From Octopus bimaculoides (lineage: Eukaryota), in assembly GCF_001194135.2 (NCBI RefSeq), contig NC_068986.1, forward strand, positions 44,654,943 to 44,718,942: a stretch of DNA of 64,000 nt. Direction: 5' to 3'. Of this stretch, positions 39,101 through 54,100 are shown piece by piece. A model generated the notes under the pieces. The model saw nothing but the letters and a program-made list of their open reading frames with translations, was not told where the DNA came from and did no database searches. The first letter of the stretch is position 1. Every line of letters starts with the position of its first letter. A program made the translations under genes and the position numbers.

Positions 39101-42100
39101 GAGAAACAACTCATATGTCTGATGAAAAGAGTACTAAATATTCTATTGAAACATTCACATTTTTTACTGTAGCTGATGAAACTGATAGCAATGTAATACA
39201 GATTACATCAGCTGTGACATCTATAACACAATATAGACCATTAAGTATGACAGTTAAAACAGAATTTTCATTATCTTCTGTGACCCCTAAAAAAGAAACT
39301 ACACTTCCAACTATAACACTTCCTACATCTCCAACTATGATCCTCAGATCACAGTTTACAATGACAACTATGACTTCTGTAGCACAATCTACATCTCCAA
39401 CCAAGTTTCTTTTCCTGCAGGCCAAAACACAATCAAATATGATTACAATTCTATCAACTCAGTATAAATCACAAATAATGACCTATGAAACACAGTCTAC
39501 ATCATCAGTTATGAATTCTACAATAAAAATTGATCCACTGACTATAAGCTCTACAACACTGATTTCCTCAAGTGTAACCAACAAAACATATATTACACCA
39601 CCGTTTATGCTTGCTAAATCACTGTCACTACTACTAAATATGACTCACATAACATCGACTACATCACTAAATATCACTTCTTTAATACAGTCAACATTAA
39701 GTATCATACCTAAAATTAAGACTCTCCCATTATCCACAGCATATATAATTCAAAGAATATCATCAACTAAAAGATTAACTATATCTTCAACGATGATTCC
39801 CCCCACAGAATTTATATCAGTAATTATAACACCTACAATACAGTCTAAATCTCCACCTATGAATCCTCATATAACACAATCAATGTCACCAACTAAGCTT
39901 CCTATACTATGGACTAGACCACTAACTAAACAGTTGAAAACACCACAATCTAGTTTCTTTAAAGTACAATTAACATCAACAGCCACTACTTTATTAAAGC
40001 AAGCTAGATCACAAATTGTGGCCCTTACAAGGCAATCTGCACAGTCTTCTCCAACAATTCCTCTTCTAATATCAAGAACCATATCATTAGCCATCAAGGA
40101 AACATCTGTTTATTTTTCACCTCAGACATTACAGCATTTGATAGAAAGTGATACTGGGGATCAAATATATGACATCAATGGTCAACAATTACTGACATTA
40201 CAAGTGACAACTGGTTATTATGATATAGCAATAACCACAGGAATAATATTTCAAGTGTTTAATGAAACATTAAAAACTATGTCATGGGGAAAGACATCCA
40301 ACTGGGTTACCACAACTACTACTAGGGAAGTAATTGATGGCTATGACCCAATGGAAAGTATCATTAGCCTTGTGATAACCAGTACCACTTACAAAACAAA
40401 TGTAACAACAAACACAAGCACTGGTAGCTACTCATATTCTCCTTACAGTGTGCACAGATTTAATAAAACTGTTTCTAGTTATTTATTCAAAGAAATTTCC
40501 ACAGACACTGCAAAGGTTACTAAAATACTTAAAATACATAATGATACAGAAACAATGCCTGGAGATTTTAATGAATTTCAAATTAATATGTTTATGGCAA
40601 CATTCACTGTTGGGGCCTTGTTTGATGGGCTAAAAATAAAAGAATTTACAGAATTATTTTCTAAGGAATCTTCTACATTCCTATCATTGCCTGAAGGTTT
40701 AATAAATACAACTACTCCTTTTATAGTATTTACATCTTTTGACAGAAGCACAATCAAAGACATGACTGCTGTTAGTTACCACAGAAAACAATTTTTCATT
40801 TCTGAGCATTTGGTAATGGTCACTGATGCAAAAGACTCGCTTATGATTGTAACACAGGTTCCAATATATGACTATTTTTTAAGCAGTTCTGTAGTCACTG
40901 ATATTTCTTTGCTTTCACTAACAGAAACAACAAAAAGAATAAGAGATTACATTACAACAACACTGTCAATGACTCAAATTTCTTCAGAGGTTTACACAAT
41001 AATCTATGAAGCTAAAGATATTTTGGTGGAAAAAGAGTTGGATAACATGACAAATATAATTGTAATGACTTTTTCAAACACAAGTACTAAAAGTAAATAT
41101 CTAACACAACCAGTAATTCCATATGGAAAAGTTGATAACAGAACAAAGATAGTCATAGAATTAAAATCTTCAAATTACTTAGAAGGTTCATTATCTTTTC
41201 CTTCTATGACTGTTCGTATCGTAGATAAAGACAGTGTATCAACTCCTACTGTGCAATGTACTGTGAGACATACAAGCACTGAGATACCATCAAGATTGAC
41301 ACATGTTCAAAAACTCTCAGAAATGCTCACTCTTAAAAGGGAAACTCCATTTACCACAGATTTAGATACTAAATCATTAGCTGTACCAATAATAAAAATG
41401 ACTGCATATTTTACAGTTTTTTCAAAGATTCCCACAGATAAACTGTCAGAAAAATATAAGTATACTACCAGAAATGAATCTAAAATACTGGCAAGTACTT
41501 CAACTGAAAAGTCCTCACAAAATACTACTGACTTCAGATATATTTTGTTTCAAGATTTGACTCATACAATTCAATATGAAACAAGTGATGATCAAGGTTT
41601 TCAAGTAGAATTTGATGAAACTTCCACTAGAAAAAGATATATTTACATGAATAAAACAATTATAGAGGGATATAGTTATACTGGCTCTGCAGACTCTACC
41701 CATTTGATATCATCATATTCTATTGATATATTTCATCCTGTAACTTCTGCTCTCTTAAAGTATGGTACTATACTATTTGATCTGTATACAACACAAACTA
41801 TGGCTGAAACTACTACCAGTATTTTCCAGAGACATACTGTAAATGATTATTCATACACATCTACTAAACCATTTAAAATCAGTACAATAGATATAACAAG
41901 CCAAAAAATATTATACACATACTTTAAAGATTTATCAAAGAGCAGAGATATGTGCTTTTGGGACAGTAAAGATTCTAGCTGTGTTGAAGCCCAACTAACT
42001 GATCTAAAAACGACAAGTCAGCAAGAAGAGTACCCAAAAATAATTAAAGAAATACTTATATCAAAAAGTGACAGTTCATATAAAATGTTAACAGAGTCTT

Positions 42101-45100
42101 CCAGTGTTATTGTAACATTAGATTTCAAAATTATAAGGAAACAAACAAAGGAATTCATGAAATTGTTTAACACAGTGACTAATCCTATGATAGAGTTCAA
42201 AAGTTATTCAGATATACTCCTAACTCAATCAAGTAGAGGTGCAAGTTCAGACAGATATATTAAGCTTATAGAATATGTTCATGACAAAACTATAGCAAAG
42301 GGATTTGTAACTGAACATGTGCTGAGTGACAGACAAACTGACAGTCAACAATCTTTTCTTTTTACTGATATTCAGTTTGTGGTTCCCAGTCAGTCGAGCA
42401 TAGTACCAAGAGACAGCACATTTCTGAGTCAATCTATCAAAATATCAATAGAAACAGCGACTGCCATTTTACCGATAAAAACTGCTAGTCTTAGTCTGCC
42501 TATGAAAGTAGTTACAGAAGCAGTAATATCAAGTCTGTTTACCAAAAGACCAATAAAAACAGTAATCTCCAGTCTATCTATGGAAAAGCCAAAACATATA
42601 TCTGTTAAATCTTGGAAAGCATTTATGGTGACTGAGACCCAAATATCAACAATGAATGTCACAGGAATTACTCAGAGAATAGGTATTTCCTCTGATAAAA
42701 TATTATATGATGACTTTGGTATTTCATATTTTCCAAATATAACTGTTAGTGCTAGATATGCCAGAATGTCTGAGAGTCCTTTGTTTAGGACAAGTTTCCA
42801 TCTGTGGTGGAAACGGGCAGAAAAAGTCACAAACTTTGAAAGAATGAAGATTAAGCTTGATTATGAATCAACTTTAAAAACTAAAATTGGAATGTTGAAG
42901 TCAACAGAAATACACACAGATATAGTTTTTGACAAAATACCTAAAATAATATTTAGATATAGCCTGACCACCCCAGATATAATTGATGTTACCATACCAA
43001 TGAAAAATCTTAGTTATTTTGAGATTTCAAATGCTACTACACATGCAATTGCCAGTATATCGCATAGACATCTGAAAGCAGAAATAAAAGATTATCAGTT
43101 AAAATCCTTTACTCTTGTTGATGTTGATTACCAAATGCAAAACACATCTCTATGTACTTTCCAAACGGATTTAGATAAGAAAACAGTAACAGATATATTA
43201 TCACCCTCCAGCCTACACCCCAAACCACTTACAAAAGATGTATTGTGGATGGCTGCAACTCCAGGCTTTAGAGATTATATGGAAACTATAATTATAGAAT
43301 TTGCTTCAAATGTTAGCCTGATTGTGACAACACCAAATGCTACTTTGTATAGGAGTTTAACGATTCACTCTAGTGGAAAAACTAAGGCTTTGGAAAGGGA
43401 TATTACTATGCAGGCTGTTTATCTTGGATATAAACTGTCAGGAATAACTACTGTTAGCATCAAACAAACATTATTAAGTAGTGTCAAGACAATACACTTA
43501 AGTTATGATGATTCAGCAATTATGTCAAAAAGATTAATAGAATTAGCTACTAATACAATGACATATGAAATATCAAAATATGAACAAGGAATACAAACAT
43601 TAAGTGTTACTAATTACTATAAAGTTCAAGGAGATAGTGTGAGTTTAATATTTGAGAAGGTGGAAATCACAACCTATGAAAGTTTGACAACAGAAAAAAT
43701 AAAAACTATTAGACAAGAAACTAGATTGACTTATTATGATAGTGCTCGTACAGGCATATTTAATGAATTGAAATTATTATCAACAAGCAAAGAATTAAGT
43801 TCAGAAAGTAAAAAAGAAATGACTATGGAAAGCAAGCAGTTTATCAGGAAAACAGATGATGTTTTACTATATGGTTATGTTACAAAATCTGTGAAAACAG
43901 AGTCTATCAGTAAAGACATGTTCCTTGATAAAAGATTTTATGAAATAATAAAAGTCTCTACAGTTTCACACTTACCAACTGATACCAAACAGATGGTAGT
44001 TGCAACAGATTATAAAATAAAGAATGAAACAAGTTTTGACTTGAAACTCATCAGTAAAATGGAAGATAAAGATATTGAAAAATATGTAAAAACTGATAGA
44101 CGTTTGATACTGCACACTGGCATTATGACACAATCGTTATTTTTACTTCAATATACAAATCTAACATCTGAAAACATATTTGATAGTATTATCACAAAAA
44201 TATATCCAAGAATAACCACAGAGGCAAAAATTATAAAAGACCTAATAACTCCAAGTCAGTATTCTCATTCAATGATATCTGAAAACCTTACAGCAAAAGA
44301 TGTAATATACAGATTATCTGAAACATCAAAAATAGATTTCAGTCATTTAGATATGAAATATTTTCATATTAACGACTCTTCTCTATCCTTTATAATCCCT
44401 CACATGACAACAGCATTAAGCTTTGATAAAATATCAAATGTGATGTCTTCATTAGTAATACTAAAGTCAACAATAGGTACAAGTGTAACAGTGATACCAT
44501 CTATAACAGAGCCAAAAGCAAGTAAAATGTTTGCTGCTGTATTCATTGATAGCATTACAGAAGATAAATTATTATCAACTATAGGAACATTAGTTAATTA
44601 CACAGAGGAATTTATAAGTAAAAGCACAATAGTAACTGATGTTACAGAAACATTTCTAAAAGACGATATTAAGATGAGTATAAAATATCTGTTACCAGTA
44701 AGTACATCAACAAGTCCCTCACACACAGTTTATTTAAGCATTACAGAGTCAACAATAATTCCTGTACATCAGTCAAGAATTGATTCTACTGAATTCTTTC
44801 CAACATCAGGAACACTAGGATATATTTCTACCACCATCAATGTATTTCCAGTGTACCCAATATCTCCTGTTCTTCATGTTAATGTAACAACAGCTAGTTT
44901 AAAGAGTGACATAATATTAACCTATGACAGTTTGCATACAGCTTCTAGTTTTATTACAGAGAAATATATTGCTCCACTTACTCAGAGAACTGTGCAAACA
45001 GATATTACAAAAAAAGGGTCTATAATACAAGTTTTTCAGCGTAAAAAGACTAGTACCTCATTAAATGTAAGTTCTTTGATTGATATGATAACACATTTCT

Positions 45101-48100
45101 CTATAACCAAAAAACATCAAGAAACAATGAAAATCTCTAAGGTTCATATAGTAAGCTCATCATATCCAACCCAAAGAGCATCGAGTTACAAAATAATATC
45201 TTCTGTAGCTTCAGTTGCTGAAACTTCTAAAAGAGATGGTACAGCATTATTAGGAAAATTAGTCAAGGAGCTCAAACTGGGGGATGTAACAATTGCTGAA
45301 GAATACATTCTATTTGGAATTCCTACTGCTCAATCAATTAAAACCTTTGTAGTTAGTAAAATGGAAAGTAAGGTTATTAGTGATAATATTACTGAAGTGC
45401 AAGATGAAAGTACCACAATTATCTCAAGTGTCTCTGCAGAAATATCACATATTGGTGTTTTTACAAAACATTTTAAACTTCAATATTTTTCAAAGCAAAT
45501 TTTTCAAAATTTTTCCTCAGAAAATAGGACTTATAGTGTATTATTTGCTGGTTTATCAACTACTACACAACATCAAGATGCATTCAAAATAAATGACACT
45601 ATGTTGAAAAAGTCAACAATCCAAGATGGTTTTCTACAAATTCAGATACAGACTTTATCAACATCATTTCCAATCCTTGCTCAATACTCAGAAACAACAA
45701 GCTCTGAAATGTTATTAAAAATATTTCCAGAACTATGGTCAACCAAAATTTATCAACCACTAAGCAGTGTTACTGTAAAAAGTATCCAATCAGCAGACAC
45801 TATTATGTCAACAGAATTATTTCATGCAATTCAGGAAACTACAGACATAATACGTCATGACAATGTTTCCTATTTAGATGAATACAATATATCCCAGACC
45901 AAGCTTCTACTTCTTAAATCAATGGAAACTTTTAACACAACACTACCATTGATTTTAAAAAAGAAAACACTCAGTATGACAACAGTTAAAATCATACCTT
46001 TCCAATATTATACAGATGAAATGAAAATAGTCGATATCACAACAATTCAAATGATATTATTTTCCTCATCTCCTGATATTTCTACACTCAGAATATTATC
46101 TCACTATTATCCAGATAAAGGAAAAGTATTTAATATTACTATGATCCAAACGATACCGTCTAAATATCATCCTTATGAAATGATATCTATTGAAAGTGAC
46201 TATAGTAAACCTATTGTAGTGACTGCTATGAGAAGCATAAACATCTCAAAAAGGGAAATGGTTCAGGAAAGAGATATGTTGCAAATCACTAAATTATCTG
46301 TTTTACCAATTTTTAGCAAAAGTTTTATAAGACTTACTTCAGTTAAACTTACAGCATCCATCACTACAGAACCACCAAAACCATTTGTTCTAGGTAGTGT
46401 CATAAGCTTGATAATAAATACTGTTATACCACTGACATTTTCAGATTCTGAAACTGAAATGATATATAATATAACTAGGATTCTAACACCTTTCAATAGA
46501 AGCATTTCAGATGAAACTACAGGTGAGGAGTTTATAGACGAGCCAAGTATTACAAAATTTCATCAAGAACCACTGAGTGTTGTCACCTTAGGTGATAAAA
46601 GAGTATCATTTCATTCAACAGCTGAAGAACTTTCAGAGACATCTACATGCATGTCTACTGCAAAGATATTTGCCAATCTTTCTCAAGGATCTATTTTACA
46701 AACAAAGCAAATCACAAAATTCTTAGGCAAAAAACATGTGACATCAACTAGCATAACAAAGTTTAGAGGGGAAAGACCTCGTTATAAAGTATATGACATA
46801 CAAACAACACTTAGTGTAACAACTATGTCAGCAGCTACAGACTTATTAACAGGATCAGCAAGTTCACTGGATACTGTTGACATTCTAACTGACTATATAA
46901 TGGGATCAGCTAAAAGTTTGATATCTCGATTAATATTAACTGAAGCTAGAAGTAGATCAATAGATATAACAAGTAAATCATTTGCTATTGACATAATAAA
47001 TGGATCAATGATTACTGATATAACAACTAGATCCTGGGTTATTGATATAAGAACTGGATTATTAGGTTCTGGAGATGTAGCTGGATTAACTGATGCCTCA
47101 ATCCCTAGAATAATGGTTGATAAGATAACTAGATCACAAACTATGGTTTTAACACCAGGTTTGGTGCTAACTAACCTAACTAAATTGCAAAATACTACTA
47201 ACTTAATATCTGAACTGAAAACTACTGACGTATATGGTGCAATTTCTTCTATGATAACTGGATCGAAAGATATTGACATGGTAATTAAATTGATAGGAAC
47301 TGATTATATAACAGTACCACAAGGTACTGGATCGATGTCTCCTGATATAAGTAGCATAGAAACTACTAGGTTTATACATGGATCACAATCTGACATAGCT
47401 GGTACAATTACAACTGATATGATAATTCCATCAATGGTTATTGATATACTAAACAGATCAGTTACTGATAGACACAGCATTACAACAATGAGTACATTTA
47501 CAACAAATTTTACTTTAATTGGATTAGTTTCATCTGAACCAATTACACCTGAAGAGACAATATCTAAAGTTACTGATGATATGATGATAGAACTGCTTAC
47601 TATAGACACAGTATCTGTACCTCCTAGAAGACTTGTAACAGCTAAAGCTGTGACTCAGTTTATCACAGCAGGATCAGATGTCATTAGTACAATAACAATA
47701 AGATCTTTTATAACACAAGTTGCAGTATCAATCAGAAAAGATATGACTGAAAGTGTTGTTACTGATCATACATTGATTGAGTCTGATATTAACATTACAG
47801 AAATTTATTCACTTGCTGTTGAAGGTGTAGTTACTGACTCAATACTTTCCAAAGAATTGAAAATAAAAGTAGGTTTACTACCTGAATTCACTGCTACAAA
47901 AGATATTAGAACTCTGGTTCTCTATGATGACATAAGCACAAGATTAATTGCTAAAAGTGACACTAGGAGCATAAAAGTCACATCTTTTGTGGGATCCAGG
48001 CCTTTTGATTCAGGTGATAAAACATTAGGAAATACAGTTAGTGATACAATAATGAAATCAGTAATAACTGGATCTGTTCCTTTTGCACATGTCACAAGAG

Positions 48101-51100
48101 AATCTATTGCATATGATGATAGGGAAATCCTCACTGACTTTAGTGATATATTAATTAGATCCAAAGACTTTCATGAAGCAACAACAGAATCTATAACAAG
48201 GGAACATAATATTTCTCAGAAGGTGATAACAAAGGGAATTGCTGTTGATACCAAAATCATTGAATCTAAAGTCTCAGATGATACAATAACAATGCAGAGT
48301 TTAGTCTTTGATAATATAACAAAGGAATCGACAATATTTTATCAAATGATAAAAGAAGTAAATATTTCTAAAGCTGTAACAAAGAAATCTATCATCTCTG
48401 ATGATGTAACAACATATATCTTATCTGATAATGGAACAATGGTAGCTGTCACATCTGACAAGTTAACAGTAAAATCTAGCCTTCTTGGTAATGTAACCCT
48501 GGAATCTACCATTTCTCATAAGGCAACAGTAACTTCCATCCTTATTGATAGTATAACAATGGAATTTACTATTACTGACGATGTAAGAAAAGCATTCACT
48601 ATTTTTGATAATTTAACAACATTTATTACTCCTGATTATGTAAGCTTAAGACATATAGCTTTTAACAACATAACAATGTATTATATAGGTTCTGAAAATG
48701 TAACAATAGAATATAGAGTATCTGATGATGGATTAATAACACTTATTGGAACAAGTGATCATGTAAAACTCATATCTAAGCATTCTAATGACAGTACAAT
48801 TAAATCCATTGATTCTGATGGTGTAAAAATGAAGCATATAATTTCTGATGAATTAACAGTTGCACCTTTAGTTTTCACTAGGAGAGTAATAGAGACTAGT
48901 TCCTCTGGTGATGGAAAAATTGGTTCTATACTCTTTACTGAACTATCTTTGAGACCTGTAGACTCCGACAATGCAACTATAGCATCTGTAATATCTGATG
49001 AAGCAATAACTGGATTGATTATTCCAGATCACGAAATTTCGAGATCTGACTACACATCAAAGAAAACTCTTCGTATTCATGATGTAAAACCAAGGACTCT
49101 TGTTTCTGGTAAGGTAAAAGTTAAGACTCAAGTGGTAACTAAAGCCATACACTTTATATCAAAGCAATTTCTTGTTAGCGATGATATAACAATCAGATCT
49201 TTAATCAGTGATTATAGAACAACAAGATATCTACATAGAGACGATACAACAACACAGTTTCTAGTGAGTGATGACACCAAAGATGATATTTTAACATCAA
49301 GATTTAAAATTATTGCTGATGAAGAACCAGTAACAAAGTCTCAAATTGATCATGATGTCACAAGTTCTATGCTTAGTGATCATATAATATGGTCTCTAGT
49401 GAGTGCCAATATAACAAATTCTCTAATTAAAGTTGAGGTAACAATGAGATCTATATTTGGTAATTATGTAACATGGAAGTCTAGAGTTGATGAGGATGCA
49501 ACAAGATTTCTTGCTGAGGATGACAATATAACAATGAGATTGCCTTTTGTCAGTGATGATGAAAAAAAAGCATCTGTTGACTCAGTTGATGAACATATGG
49601 GCTCTACTCTCTTAGCTATTGCAACAGTTGAATTTGCAATCCCCCATGATGCAACAAGGAAAGACACAATTTCTACAGAAATACTCTCTGATAATGAAAC
49701 AATTGAAGAACCTGTATCAGAATATGTAACAATGTCATCCATGTTCACTCAGGATGTAACAGCAATAACCACATTTTCTGATTATGTAACAATGCAACCT
49801 ACAATATTTAATGATACGATAATGAATAGTACCATATATGATGATGTTATAACAGGATCCGTAACATCTGACAAAACAATGGAACTCATGGTCTTTGAAG
49901 AAGTGACATCAAAATATACAGTTTTTGATAATATAACAATTGACTCTAATGCTACATCGAGATCCACAGCTTCTGATGATGTAGCAACGATATTTTCACT
50001 AAAAGATGATACAGCAATAATATCCACAGTCTCTGGTGATATAGCAGTCAAATCTAAATTTGATGTCAAAACAACAAAGTACATAGTATCTCGTGACATA
50101 AGAGAACAATCCAAAGTCTCTGGTGGTGTAGCAATGAAGTTCATAATTTCTGGTGATGTAACAATGAAATCTACAGACCGTGATGATGATGGTGTCACAA
50201 AAATATTCACTTTCATTCAGATTGTAACAATGAGAACTATAGTTTCTTTTAAGGCTACAAGGAAATTTCCATTGCCTCATGGCATAACAAAGAAATCCAC
50301 TGAATCTATGACAATGAAATTCAAGGTCTCTGATGTAAGGAGTTACACGGTCTCTGATAATGTAACCACTAAATTCACACACTCCAATGATACAAAAATT
50401 ATAAAAACGGGATTGGCAATATTTGATAATATGACATTTAGATCCTCTAGCAGTAGAGCAATACAATTTGTGGATTCTGAAAATGCTACTACTCATACCA
50501 CTGTCTCTGATGATCTAACATTTGGGTCTATTTTCTCTGATGAGACTATAAGTGAATCTGTTGTTTTTAGTCATGTGACAACAGGATATATTTTACCAGA
50601 AGATATAACAGATGCAATTGACTGGGATTCTAAAGCAGGAGAATTAATTACTAAGAAAGATGTAGTAACAAAACAAACATTCATTGACTTATCAACTGTG
50701 ACTTTTAATGTTTCAAGTATATTGACTACTATGGGTGATTCAGTCACAACGTTTGTTGTTTTACAAAATTCTACAACCATTGCTACTGATGATTATATTA
50801 CAATACGTATCGCCGTAAATGGCTCATTTGCTGTGGCTACTACTACAGATGACTCAATCACTAAGACTGTTTTAATAAATGGTTCTATCATTGAGTCAGT
50901 TAACATGTCTGCTTCTATGGAGGATTCAGTCCCCATGCTTGTTGATAAAGATGATTCAGTGAATCAATCAGTAGCTACAAATGCTTCTATATCCATAACA
51001 GCTATCACTGATGATAGAGCAGGTCTAATTATTAGAGAACATTCAAAGGTACCATCAAGTGTGGAAGACGATGATACAATATCTACAACAGTTCAGACTA

Positions 51101-54100
51101 GCATTAAAATAATTATGTTAACTACTTATGGTATTGTAACAAGAGCTGCAGTAGTTGATGATCACACATTAAGATCACTTGCAACTGATCCCCAATTGAC
51201 GAGAGTATCTGCAACTGATTATATAAAATCTTCAGTAATTATAGACAAGTTAATCATTGGTTTAATTACTGCTAACAAGACACTATATGTGTCAGATGCT
51301 ACTGAGGAGGTGGTGTATAAGCCAGTGGTTATTGATGTAATGATATCCAAACCGGTTACTACAGGTATGACAATATATAAATTGATTGGTAGTGATGTCA
51401 TAACATATAGAACAATTCTATCTGATGTAGTGACTCACAAAGCAATTGGTATTGACAATAAAACAACTCAATCACTCAGTACTCATGTAGTAATGTACCA
51501 GCCTTTGACTATTAATGTAACAATATATAGACCAGTTATTCCTTATACTGAATTGAATAAAACAGTTGGCATTGATGATAAAGTGGGTGGGTCTCTTACT
51601 ACTGATCTAATGATATACAAATCACTTGCAGTTGATACTATCATTGCTACAGATGTGGTAACACATAAACAAAATGGTACTGTTCTCCTAACATATAGAC
51701 CACTTGCTTTTGATTTTGTGACATACAGACCAGATGTTACAGGGGATACAGTAGATAAACTATTTGCTACCCATGTGATTACATATAAACTAATTACAAC
51801 TGATGTTGTAACATACAGACCAGTTGTTACTGGGAAGAAAGTTGATGCGCCACTTGTCACTTACCTGGTAATATATAGAATGATTGTTACTGATAAGCCT
51901 GTTGCTACTAATAAAACAGTATATAGATCAACTGCCACTAATTTGGTAATACATAAAACTGTTACCACAGAGATGTTGACGCATATACCAACAGTTGCTG
52001 GCGTGAAACTATATAGACTAGAAGCTATTAGTGATGTAATGGTTCCAGCAACTACTACAGGTCATGTAGTGATTGAGCCAACCACTAGTGGAGATATAGT
52101 GGTTCAACCAACAGCTACAAATGTAGTTTTGTATAAACCAGTTGTTATTGTTTCAGTAACATATAAACCAGTAGCGACTAGTATTGTAATATATAGACCA
52201 ATATCTATTGATGTCATGGAATATAAATCAGTTACTTCTGATAAAACTATACATGAACCAGTTGTTATTGGTGAAACTGGTGAGGCTGAAGATATGTCAG
52301 CTACTACAGATGAAGTCAAACCAAGATCAGTTGCTGCCCTCAAAGCTGTATCAAGTTTGATCAAAGGCAATGAAACAATATCTAGATTGCTTACCACAAA
52401 CAAAAGTGTATCTGAATCAATTTCAAGCACAGAAACACTATCAGGAATAATTGCCACTGATGAAACAGGTACAGAATACAAAGCTATAGCAGGTTTGGGT
52501 GTCACAGTTAAAGCAACATCAGGATTAGTTGCTACTGATAGAGTAACATCTCATTTAATTGACTCTTTTAGAGCAATATCTACTTTAGCTGCAACTGGTA
52601 AAACAATAACTGGTTCAACTGGTATGGATAAAGTATCATCTAGATTATTTACCTCTATCGAAGCAATGTCAGTCACCACTGAGAAATCAATATATGGACC
52701 AGCTGATGAGGCTGAAACAATATCTGTATCAACAACTGACACAGATATAGCAATATATAAATCAGTTGATGATGTTAAAACTGTATCTGTATCAATGATT
52801 GCTACTGATGTAGCAATATCTGACTTGGTTGATTCTGATGAAGCAATAAGTGTAACTGTTATCACAGTCTCCCCTGATGAAGCAGTATCTGTATCAACTC
52901 ACACTGAAACAATATTTGGATCAATTGAGACAATGCCTCATGCAGTTGTTGTCAAAGAAACAGCACTGGTATCAGCTATAACTATCAAAACAAAAATTGA
53001 GCCAATTGCTTCTGATGATGGATTAGTTACCATTGATGAATCAGTATATGGGCCACTTGCTACTAATTTGATTAAAGATAGACCAGTTGCTACTGATGTT
53101 ACAATATATAGACCAGCTGTTACTGGTGTTACAATATATAGGCCAAGTACTACCGATGTTACAATCTCTAAACCAGTTGTTACTGATGTTACAATATATA
53201 GACCAGATGTTACAAATGTTACAATCTATAAACCAGCTGATACTTATGTTGCAATCTATAAACCAGTGGCTACAGATGTTAAAATCTACAGACCAGCTGC
53301 TACTCAAGTTACAATCTATAGACAAACTGCTACTGTTGTAACAACCTATACACCAGCTGCTACTAATGTTACAGCCTATAGACCAACAGCTAGTGATGTT
53401 AGAATCTATAGACCAACAGCTAGTGATGTTAGAATCTATAGACCAGTCTTTTCTGATGTTACAATTTATAGACTAGATGCTACTGGTGTTACAACATATG
53501 CACCAGTTGCTACTGATGTTATAATCTACAGACCAGCTGTTACTGATGTTACAATCTATAAACCAGCTGCTACGGATGTTACCATCTATAGTCTAGCTGA
53601 TATTGATGCTACAGTCTATAAACCAGATGTTACTGATGTTACAATCTATAAAGCAGAGGCTATTTATGTTACAATGTATAGCCCAACAGCTAGTGATGTT
53701 ACAATCTATAGACAAAATACTTCTGATGTTACGGTCTATAGACCATCTACTACTGATGTTACCATCTATAGACTACCTACTACTGATGTTACAATATATA
53801 GACAAGCTGCTACTTATATTACTGATATTATTATCTACAGACCATTTGTTACTGATGTTTCAATCTACAAACCAGCAGTTATTGATGTTTCTATCTATAG
53901 GCCAGCAACTACTAATGTTACAATCTATAAACCAGCTGCTACTGATGTGGCAATATATAGACCAGCTGCTACTGATGTTATAATCTATAGACCAGCTGCT
54001 ATGGATGTTACCATCTATAGACCATCTGCTACTGATGTTACAATCTCTAGACCAGCTATTTTTAATGTTACAATCTATAAAGCAGATGCTACTGACATTA

